Part shown: positions 12,828-22,275 of the stretch, one piece after another
How positions within the stretch are numbered: position 1 is the stretch's first letter
How the letters are laid out: the number at the start of each line of letters is the position of its first letter
Assembly: GCA_013115145.1 (NCBI GenBank)
Contig: JAAPAO010000062.1
Location: 32,577 to 96,576 of the forward strand
Reading direction: 5' to 3'
Origin: Perkinsus chesapeaki ATCC PRA-425
Taxonomy: Eukaryota; Protista; Perkinsozoa
Length of the DNA stretch: 64,000 nucleotides
Program-made: the position numbers and the translations under genes
Notes under the pieces: model-generated
The model's database searches: none
Seen by the model: the letters and a program-made list of their open reading frames with translations, nothing else
What the model was told of the DNA's origin: nothing

Positions 12828-13241
12828 TTACACACCATTTTCTCCATGATTCTCGGTGGCATTCTCGTCACCAGCAGCGTTACTGCTCTCGTGCTGCTCC
12901 TCCCGGCCCCTTTCAAAATACTTCTCTAGATCTTCATCGTACTTCTTCGCCAAAGCATCTTCACCCTTGTAACGCAACAATGCCTCATCCTGAATCATTG
13001 GAATCTTAGCTTCAACCGTGCATGATACTCCCAAGCTTACAAGCTGCTCAGCTGTAACATGTTCCTTTCTTCCCTTACCCCCCTTTCCACTGAAAAAACA
13101 CCACCATAACAGCCCAATTGCCCCGTCATCCAGGTACCCTTTGCGTCCAGAATTCTTCCATCCACCCCGTCTGGTCATATTGCCTTGTCGACTTCCCTTC
13201 CCTTTACCACCGCTCCGACGCTGATTGTTGTATTGGACCAT
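12828..13241 (-). CDS. RGG-rich protein with FOP/CHTOP C-terminal duplicated motif (mRNA export adaptor-like); probably continues in further exons to about 12312
   Basis: G/K/R-rich N-terminus. Removing the 51-nt intron 13040-12990 gives VTAEQL|DEALLRYKGEDALAKKYDEDLEKYF, the tandem 'TAEELDxELDxY' motif. Confidence 0.65.
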   Translation of the reverse strand: MVQYNNQRRSGGKGKGSRQGNMTRRGGWKNSGRKGYLDDGAIGLLWWCFFSGKGGKGRKEHVTAEQLVSLGVSCTVEAKIPMIQDEALLRYKGEDALAKKYDEDLEKYFERGREEQHESSNAAGDENATENHGENGV

Positions 13242-13581
13242 CGAGGATTCAAAGGTGACAAAAAGCAGCAGCTATCAAATGATAATGCATATCGACTCAA
13301 TTACTCCACGGATTCCCTATTAAAGCGAAGCCATTTATGTGCAGCTATACAGAATGCGACTTTTAAGTAACTACAACCAGTAAGGTAAGCTGCCGCCCAC
13401 CAGTTCCTTCAAAATCTCCAACTAAAATGCGCATAACATGAGTCGCTTCGCTCCGCTTTTTATATTTCTCGCTACGCAAAGTCGATCGATAAAAGTGGCT
13501 TTGGCTACCGTAGGCCTGCCTGTTTTGCCGTAGGTTGGCAGTACCGCAGTCATAATGGTTAAGACGGATCCTTCTATCAGC

Positions 13582-14360
13582 ATGAAGGTAATTCTTCTTG
13601 GGTGGCTTTATATAGTGGAGAGGGACGTCTTACATCAATGAGAATCTTAGCTTCACCCGTGCTAGATGTAACTTAGGTCAATCCGTGTGGCACGTTGACC
13701 GATCTATTCCCTTAATGTATGTACCATTCTCAGATGCACCTGTACCAACTCGTTGGTCGGGCTGCTCCTTCAGCTAAGAACCCCAAGCCGAAGATCTTCC
13801 GCATGAAGATGTTCGCCCGCAACTCCGTTGTTGCCAAGTCCAAGTTCTGGTAGTATTCCTGTTACTCCCATTTTACCTTTTTTCTATCAGTTTTTTCATC
13901 TCAGGTATTACATGAAACGTATTACCAAGGCTAAGCTTACCGGGGGTGAGATGCTTGGCATCACTGAGTGCTTCGAGAAGCACCCCACTACCGTCAACAA
14001 CTACGGTATCTGGCTCCGTTACGATTCTCGTTCCGGCACTCACAACATGTAATGCTCTAGCCACTCTTCAACCATTATTATTATCCTCTCTTACGCAGGT
14101 ACAAGGAGTACCGTGACACCACTCTTACTGGTGCCGTCGGGCAGATGTACCAGGAGATGGCCGGTCGTCATCGTGCTCTCGCCTCCAACGTGCAGATCAT
14201 CAAGACTGCCACTTTGAAGAACGATGAGTGCCGTCGTCCTCACATCACCCAGTACCATCACAACGCCAAGTTCCCTCTGCCTCGTCGTATCCCTCGTACT
14301 GCTCTTAAGTACAAGAAGACCTTCCGTGCCGGCAGCAGACCTAGCGTATTCGCCCAGTAA
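13582..14360 (+). CDS. RPL18A: 60S ribosomal protein L18a (eL20), multi-exon
   Basis: MK|[39 protein letters not shown]|YYMKR...[17 protein letters not shown]|YKEYRD...[11 protein letters not shown]; the start could alternatively be 13734. Confidence 0.95.
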
Positions 14361-15046
14361 ACTATAGCTGTGGTTAACTTTGGTGGCTATTACGATGATA
14401 GATGGACTAACGGCTGCTGCTATTACTGATTGGCCTTGCGGATCATCCAACCTGCCAGGGATTACTAACTGTCTTGTGTTTTAGTAATTGTAATTCAATG
14501 GTTAGGTAGATGGGCTGCAGACTATCTGACTGTGTATGCCTTAGGAACGCTGGTGGGAGGAGAGTGCTTGTGTCCAGTGAGGCAATGGACAATTTGGGAA
14601 ACGCTGATTTATAAGAAATCGTTTGAATCCAAAAGTGAATGGATTGAATTAGGATGACTGATCCTGAGTCACGTCAGACCTCGAACATTGGTTTGGTTAT
14701 TACTTATCCTTTCCAGTGCAAAGCGCCCTTTTGGAAATCCCGTTGTTGAACAAGATGCAGCCCATTGATCGCTCCAGTTTTATTCTTATTCTCAATCCGT
14801 AATGTCTCGCTACGATGCTTATTTCCCTTAATTAAGTTTTAGGTAGGCTCTCAAGCGTGCAGGAGACGCTGGATGAAGTGTTGCCTCTGACTTAGGCAAA
14901 GAAGGCTCTCGAGTCCTCCCACACTTATAGTCTGAACTGGGGAAGCTAATTAATAAAACTCAACTGAACGACCTAAATGTAAAAGTCACTTTCTGAAGGC
15001 CCCACGATTTCTGAGGTGACCAGCAAAATTAAAATAAAATGCAACA

Positions 15047-15799
15047 TTAGAGATTTTCAAGAACGACACGTTTAGCGGTTTCGAGGCCAGTTCTGATCAT
15101 CCTTTCCTTGCCCTGCTTCACGACTTCGCCATGGGGGTCGTAATCACCATCATCCCACTTCAATGGTGACCCGTCTACAGTGGCAATAGCAGCAGATCTG
15201 ATGCCTCTCAAACTTGCCACGACAAACAGAGCGGCGTTCTCCATTTCGACGGCAATGGCACCTGCGGCAGCGTGCTTAAGCAAGTTGCTGTCGGCAGCCG
15301 CACTTGGATAGAAGGCAGCGAGACTTAATGATACACCAAAATGAGTGTTCTCATAACCGAGGCTTCTGGCAGTGTCTCGCATAGCAAGGCAGAGCACAGG
15401 ATCGGCAACTGCTGGGAAACCATCGGGGACAAGAGTTTGTGTAACACCATCTTCACGACAAGCACCAGTAGTGACTATCAAATCACCTTGCTTGATGTCA
15501 TCAGGCTTTAGCGAACCACAAGTTCCAAGACGCATAATAACCTTAGCGCCACATTTGATGAGTTCCTCGAAGCAAATGGCACAACCTGGGCCGCCGATAC
15601 CGTGGGAACAAATAGAGAAGTCCGCCCCGCCGTAAGTGACATTATAGGAACGATACTCTCTGTTGAAGGCGAGCTCCTCGGACTTGTCACAGTACTTGGT
15701 CGCGATGAGCTCGGCACGAAAAGGGTCACCTACAACGCAGACAACGGGACGGATGGCGCCCTCCTTGATTTTCAAATGCGGAGCTTCGTAGGCGGGCAT
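15047..15799 (-). CDS. Purine nucleoside phosphorylase / uridine phosphorylase family (Plasmodium PNP-like), paralog 1, intronless
   Basis: HLKI, VGDPFR, NREYRS, SHGIGGPG, IMRLGTCGSL, VEMENAAL and VDGSPLKWDDGDYD align with PfPNP-type hexameric phosphorylases. Confidence 0.92.
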   Translation of the reverse strand: MPAYEAPHLKIKEGAIRPVVCVVGDPFRAELIATKYCDKSEELAFNREYRSYNVTYGGADFSICSHGIGGPGCAICFEELIKCGAKVIMRLGTCGSLKPDDIKQGDLIVTTGACREDGVTQTLVPDGFPAVADPVLCLAMRDTARSLGYENTHFGVSLSLAAFYPSAAADSNLLKHAAAGAIAVEMENAALFVVASLRGIRSAAIATVDGSPLKWDDGDYDPHGEVVKQGKERMIRTGLETAKRVVLENL

Positions 15800-18346
15800 G
15801 GAATGAAAGGAAATCTGTCAGTCAACTAAACGAGACGAACTAACGCTAGCGAGACGCTGGACAAGTACACAATTTCCGAGCGGAGCGAAGCGTTGCATAT
15901 TAAGCGGTTTTCCCGATGAAACAGAATCGCACATGAGACGCTGGTAAATACAATGTGGTATGCAAGTGACAGATGCCACGGCTGTGCCCTGTTATCCAAC
16001 TTGTCACGGGAATGAATTACAAACACAACACGGTCGAACACGCGTCACGAAGAAGGCTTTCCCTGATGCTTCCCTGAGGGAAGGTCCCTCAAGGATGAAG
16101 GAGGCGAAAGTGAGCACGGACCGGATCTTTCTTGGCCATCTGATGGCTTTAGTGTATTTAGAATGTCCTTTTCGTGCCCTTGTTTTCCACCTGACATCCT
16201 TCGCGAAGCTCGCCGAAGTAAACTTGCTTCCCAATGCTCACTCTCCTCCTGTCTAAGAGGCCCAAATGCAAGCCTTGTGGAAGTGTTGCAGACAACCTAC
16301 AATAACACCGCATTCTCCCTAGCCTTCCAGCAAACATGAGATCCCCGTATGCTGCGGGTGATCGTGGCATGCTATAGCAAAGCGGCAGTAAGCATAAAGC
16401 TCGCTTGGGCAAAACCTGCTCCTGTGCGGCGGCCTCCCAGGTGAGACGCTGCGTCAACCGCCGACTCGGTGCAGTTATGCCGTAGAATGAGATTACAACG
16501 CTCGTATGCAACGCTCAACAGGATCGTTCGCTATGTAAGATCATTCCGATGCTAAACGATTGACTGCCGGAAAGAAAGGGCAACATGCTGTGTAGTCTCA
16601 CGGTCATAGCCGCAACAACTCGCAGGCTACAAGTGCCGCCTCGACCTCGGTATGTTAACAACCATGTGCCTCCCGCTGCTCAACAATGGAGAGATATAGT
16701 ATTCGCCACCGCTTGTGGGTCACCCGTATTGATGCCAGAAAGGGGGACAAAGAGATCTTTAAATGAAAGTATTGGGGGTTCCCCACTGGGGAAGTAACAT
16801 CATGCAGTCTGGATGCGCGGCTTCCTGCTTTGCCAAAACCCCAGGACTAGGCCGTGAAGCCTCTGCGCGCTCGGGGAGGGGGCGACCCCCGAGAGAACGC
16901 GGCGCACTTGCGCGCCCATACCGTGCGTGCAGGAAGCCATCGACCGCTGGGGGCCTAACGAATTTGGAATTCAACGGTGAACTTGCTTCATATTCCGCAT
17001 GGTGATAGCTATTGTATAAGGACGTAGCTGTGCAAATTTTCAGCTTGAGACATTGCGTGAGCGTTTCACAACGAGCGCGGAAAGTCCAGTACTAATACGC
17101 TAATACGAGCTAATAAGGGAATTTTTCCATGTACCAGGCATCAGAAGTTCGGGTTATTATCAACGAGTCTGCCTGCCCAAGTACCATGTGTCGAAGGTAC
17201 GTTATTGAAGAAATGAGATTTTGAGAAATCTGGAAAGTGCGCTAAAAACCGCACTACTGTCCCCTTCGCAATTGAGTAGTTGCGCACTGAAACGAGCGAC
17301 TACTTTCAGCAGCTGTTCCGTGGCAAACTTTCCGGGCATGCGGACATGTACTTGAACTCCAAGCCTCGAAGACAGTACAATATAACGCTGTCGACATTGT
17401 CAATGTTGATGACAAGATTCGGGGTCACGCAACTCCTAGTACTATGTGGGATCTACGAAGCGTGCCAAGCAATGGCTTCGAATACCAACATAGTGTTTCC
17501 CCTATTGTGTGACCTATCCGCTCTTGGTCCAGTCGCGAATAATGTCGTTGCATCTCTCTAACTTCACGGATTGCCTTAGGCAATTTGCCTACAGTTATTC
17601 CAGAGTCCACCGGAAACTATTGCCGTGCCGACGCGCCACGGACCGCTAAGCTGAAACTGAGCCTTTGCGACATGATTTAACGAAGTAATTATAAATCGTG
17701 ATCTTCCACGTGAAGCCGTTCGCAGGCTTTCAATACCTCCGAATGTCGAGCGAATCAACTCGTTTTAAGCCATCGTCGGGTCGAGCTCTGTGTTAGACTT
17801 GAGTGCGCTCACAGTGATTGAGAATGGAGGATGACTGTGTGACGCGGTAATGTGACGTGGTTGCAACCAATGCTTTGAGACTCAACCACTAAAGTTCTTG
17901 TGTACCATAGTCGAGTGCACCTCTCTGCGTCATGTTTAATCAGGTTAGAAAGTAGTAAGAGACTTGCGATCTGCAAACGTTGAAAACTCGTCCAAAACCG
18001 CGAAAGTTACTCTGCCAGGCCTGGCCTGGAAACTGAGCGTACCACCTACTAAACCGGCCACAAGGCGAAGAGCTACTGTGTGGATTAGAGAGTCTGCAGA
18101 GATGCATGCACTATCGAGCCATGTGCTGTAATTGAAGAATTGGATCACACCAAAAGGGTTAAGTTATTCATCACATCCGTAGTAGACAAAAAAGATACTC
18201 CCTGAAGACACTGACTTTAGTTTCACCTCTTACGAAGGGGTTCGACGCCGACGCAGATCCTGATAGGATCTCTAGGCCAACTGTGAAAGCGTACGACTCG
18301 TTCAGAAGAAAGGTCCCCAATTTCTGGTATATATTTTTTTATCGAA

Positions 18347-20767
18347 ATGCATCATCTCCCCATCCTGGTTATCTGTGGTTTATCTTATGCGGCTCCGGTA
18401 GATGATAACATGGTAACATTTTTTGCCGGAGGCAGCCTCCGTCGCTCTGCTGCTTTGCTCGGAGATCCAAGAGCTACCAGAAGGCTTGCTGACACATCCC
18501 AATACCCGGCAGTCTTCCCACTCACTTATGACTTCAGAACTACCATAGAAATGGATGGTGAACTGGTCTCTGGGACTATCGATACTGGTTCAGCCTCTGT
18601 AAGGCGTTATATCTATAACCCTCAACAGACCTTCGGCTGCGTCGGTGATCGGTGCTTCAAGTGTGAGGTAGATAGCTGTAAGTCGGGCAAAACCTTCGGC
18701 AACTATGATACTTATGATCAATATCGTTTAGAGCTTGCTGACTCCAAGGCGGTTATCAGTCTGGGTGATCGCAACAGGAGCGATGTGTATGTACAGAATA
18801 TTGTCCGAGCCACCCGCAATGACGGCCGACCAACAACTCGGCCACCTATTTCTGTTGACACGGCGTTTGGTCTAGGTCTGCATGGCTATAAGGGTCCCGA
18901 AGCTGAGGCTAATGGCTCGTTCTTACGGCAGTTATTCGATGTGCCTCCGTCAGCCGTACCGCATCGCGCATTCAGCATTGAGCCTGCTCGGTCCCCTTTC
19001 ACTCCGGGGCACTTAACCATTGGGGGCTACTTCAATTATACACCGGTTGGCAATGAATCTACGGGCCGCCCAGCTGCATTTGTCGAGGACTTCTTGTATA
19101 ACGACTTCGAGTGGTCGACGAGTGAGTACGACGGAGATCTTCGTAGGAGTCACTTCAAGGGGAATGCCGTACAAGTACGAGCCAAAGGTTCCGATTTCTT
19201 CTCCGAAGACCTCTACACCCTCCATGTTGGACACGGAGAGAAGCCACCATTTGTGGGGTTCGATTCTTCCGCCCCTCTTATCTATGTAAGCGAGGCCGAT
19301 ATGAAAGACCGCTATATGAGGGTCACTAATACGATGTTAAAAGAATGCAATACCTCGTTGAGCACGATGGCTTATGTATCCGATGCCGATGAGGGCTACA
19401 CTCTACCTTGCAGCAAGGCTCATTGCTTACCTGATTTCGAGTTCGACTTCTTCCCTAATGGCAGAACACTCACAAGAGAGGTCTCCTTTACTGTACCGGG
19501 GTGGGCCACCGTCACACCTACTGGGTCTAGATCTGCAGATAGCTGCCGTTGGCTAGTCGGTGTACCAAAGAACCGAAAACTGGTTGACGTGGTCGATACT
19601 AGACCATACGTGGTCCTTGGTCAACCTGCATTCCGAGCGCACAGATTGGCTTTTCATGACAATGTCATTGGGCATGTATACTTCCAGCCTCTTGAGAAGC
19701 CAGAAAGTATGTATGGAGTCTTCACACTGGCTGTTGACTACGAGATGACAACTTTGATCGACCTAGATCACCAGATCATTCAGATGGTCGTTGATACCGG
19801 TGTTGAGGACATTAAGGTTCTCCGGTCCGCTGAAGATGTTTGTCACCGTGGTAGCCTGGTCTGCTATGATTGCTCCAAAGCCATCCACTCCTGCTCAGGA
19901 GGAATTCCAAAGCTACATATAGATGTCACCGGTTATAGAAGAGAATATGTTGCTTACGGCAACAGTTTTGTAACCTTGGGAGGCTCTAACCTACGCACGC
20001 GGATGAGTTTGGTGAAGGCGGTGAACCGCGCGGTATCGCAAGGTGGCTACAGTTCCTTCGGGCTCGGTTGGGACAACGGTGACAGCTCGTTTTTCTTCAG
20101 AGTGCTGGGCCTACCTCTGGAAAGCGGAGGCCAGTTCTCTATTTACGGCCAGCGAGATCCAGTCTCACGTCTGGGCGTACTATCTCTTGGGGGCTTCCGT
20201 CGGCCCGAACTAAAACGCGAAGGGGATACGGTGAAGATGATTGACCATCCATCACATTGGACTGCGGCTAAGAGCTGGTATATCGCGGCTGGTGTCAGAG
20301 GCTTTATTCAAAGCAAGACGTCATCGGAGCCATTCGGTGAAGTTGCGGTGAACTACCAGATATTCGCTTTTGTAAGCAGCTTCTCGCTCATCTACGGGCC
20401 GCAGGAAGCGATAGAAGACCTGGTTGAGTTGCTCGCGAAATACCTCAAAGCCCGCAAATTCCAGGATTACCAGACTGATGACTCGACGAAGGGATGGGCC
20501 CTACCAACAGATGATGTGAAGAATCTTCCCGACGTTGTGTTCGGCCTGCGAGCTATCACCGGCAGTACCGCTTTTATCACTTTTACCCCGGAAGAATATA
20601 CTGTTCCCTCGTCTACGGATTGTGGGACACACAGGTTGCTTTTCGGTGTAACTAAGCAAACCAAGAATGATGACTTATGGATTATGGGCAAACCGTACTT
20701 CCGAACTCACTATACGGAATTCGACCGCTCCAAGAAGACCATATTCTTCGCGCCTCTTCACGACTAG
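18347..20767 (+). CDS. Secreted pepsin-like aspartic protease with two tandem protease domains (806 aa), intronless
   Basis: Signal peptide; motifs IDTGSA, FDSSAPLIYV, VLGQPAFR, then VDTGV, (no Asp) FVSSFSLIYGP, IMGKPYFRTHYTEFD. Confidence 0.75.
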   Translation: MHHLPILVICGLSYAAPVDDNMVTFFAGGSLRRSAALLGDPRATRRLADTSQYPAVFPLTYDFRTTIEMDGELVSGTIDTGSASVRRYIYNPQQTFGCVGDRCFKCEVDSCKSGKTFGNYDTYDQYRLELADSKAVISLGDRNRSDVYVQNIVRATRNDGRPTTRPPISVDTAFGLGLHGYKGPEAEANGSFLRQLFDVPPSAVPHRAFSIEPARSPFTPGHLTIGGYFNYTPVGNESTGRPAAFVEDFLYNDFEWSTSEYDGDLRRSHFKGNAVQVRAKGSDFFSEDLYTLHVGHGEKPPFVGFDSSAPLIYVSEADMKDRYMRVTNTMLKECNTSLSTMAYVSDADEGYTLPCSKAHCLPDFEFDFFPNGRTLTREVSFTVPGWATVTPTGSRSADSCRWLVGVPKNRKLVDVVDTRPYVVLGQPAFRAHRLAFHDNVIGHVYFQPLEKPESMYGVFTLAVDYEMTTLIDLDHQIIQMVVDTGVEDIKVLRSAEDVCHRGSLVCYDCSKAIHSCSGGIPKLHIDVTGYRREYVAYGNSFVTLGGSNLRTRMSLVKAVNRAVSQGGYSSFGLGWDNGDSSFFFRVLGLPLESGGQFSIYGQRDPVSRLGVLSLGGFRRPELKREGDTVKMIDHPSHWTAAKSWYIAAGVRGFIQSKTSSEPFGEVAVNYQIFAFVSSFSLIYGPQEAIEDLVELLAKYLKARKFQDYQTDDSTKGWALPTDDVKNLPDVVFGLRAITGSTAFITFTPEEYTVPSSTDCGTHRLLFGVTKQTKNDDLWIMGKPYFRTHYTEFDRSKKTIFFAPLHD

Positions 20768-21429
20768 GTGCACCAGAGGTTAATCCTTAAATTGTCTTTA
20801 CTGTCGTCCGCATCTAGAGTAGCTGCTAATGTGTTGATAGTGTCGTCGTTGGGCGTAGATAATGATCCTTCACTTAGAGATCAGGCAGCACCGATTGTTA
20901 TATAGCTCTGTTTTCTCCATATAATGAAGACAGAGAAGCACTAGTGCTAGTATCCCGAAAGCTATTATCAAGTATCTCTTCACCTTTCCAGTCGAGTTAA
21001 TAGGGGAAGTTTCAATGTGATGGTATCGTATTGGGCACGGGAATGGTATTGGACTATCTAGAGTATTGACAACACTCGAATAGTGGAGGGGAGGCTCCAC
21101 TAGCACCAGTAGCGCAGGAGTGTATAGTACAGGTGCAATGCTAAGCTAAAACTCTAAAACTGTGTTTGTATTTATGAGGAGATACCTTGCACCGAACTTC
21201 CGATGCGCAATAAGTAGCCCGGTTTTAGCTCAGACTATGTGTCACGGCACACATATGATTCGACAAGGTCCGAGTTTCAGTCGTATATCGCCAGTCCTTG
21301 GAGTCCAGTGGTGTGTCGGAGCCTCCGACTCGGAGGATACCTATGGCATGAAAGGCACCGAGTGCGGATCTGAGTCGAACTCAAGTCACAGTTGATATCG
21401 TCTATTCGCAGAGCAATTCGTAGCAATAA

Positions 21430-21705
21430 CACCGAACTGAGTTCGGCTAACTCATCTGCGTTTGTAATGTGTTGCCATATGTCTCGGCAACCGGCTTCCT
21501 TAAGTAGCGTATCTAGCTCTTCTAGTTTATCCGCACCTCGGATCACTTTCCCGTCCTCTTCAAACTGAGCCTTGCCGTAGAATCGGAACTTAACTGTCTT
21601 CACTCGTCCGCTCTTCAACAGCTTTGTGGCACCCTTCAGCACATGAAGGTCAGCGCCGTTAGTGTGGACAACGAGATCTATTGGGAACCCCAAGATCTAC
21701 CAAGA
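21430..21705 (-). pseudogene. Internally deleted copy of the FkbM methyltransferase gene (C-terminal part only)
   Basis: 21470-21680 is nearly identical to 25105-25310 (HTNGA.LHVLKGATKLLKSGRVKTVKFRF...). Directly upstream (21700-21880) is sequence homologous to the region just 5' of the intact gene (26730-26890), so about 1.4 kb of CDS is missing. Confidence 0.8.
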
Positions 21706-22275
21706 TAGGAGGGAATAGAAATAAACAAGTAAAAGAGAAAAAGTGAGACGTGTAAGGTTCATCATGACAATCGTGTACCGTTCATGACAATCTCTATGCA
21801 TTAATATAATATACTGAGCCGGGATAGCACAGTGATAAACTCGAATATATCACTGATTGAAAAGTAGACATCATATAAAAGGGCACTACTTTATTTAACC
21901 CACTACTGCGCGACTTTAGTCCTGCGGAAAAGGCGCTCATCGACCCACAGCACAGCAGAGTGAAAGAACGCTTTGCCCTCATGGTTAGCCGCGTTTGATA
22001 CTCTGATATAATCTTGCTGAGCTGACTATTGTGCACCGCCAATGATTGTGCATTTAAATGCGTGCACAGCTAACTCCTCTTGCGACTCGAAGCTGCGAGA
22101 GTACGCCAAGTAAGAAAACGCTTTACTAGCGTTTACTAAGGTGTGCACCCTTGCACTGCGACGCCGACGCATTTTCTCACGGAACCCCTGCGCGATTTTC
22201 CAGAAGCGTACAAAACAGAACCCAGCTGTTGTTCACAACAAAACCTAGCTAATTTTATCGTATCATCCTCTTAAC

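Noticed and set aside
13495-13550. ACCGTAGG/CCGTAG repeats upstream of RPL18A as relic spliced-leader sequences
   Set aside because: Only 7-8 nt match the Perkinsus-type SL start (ACCGTAGCC...), and the TTGGCTCAAG end is absent.
16000-18200. Short ORFs as transposon or protease remnants
   Set aside because: No transposase, RT or protease motif could be identified with confidence.
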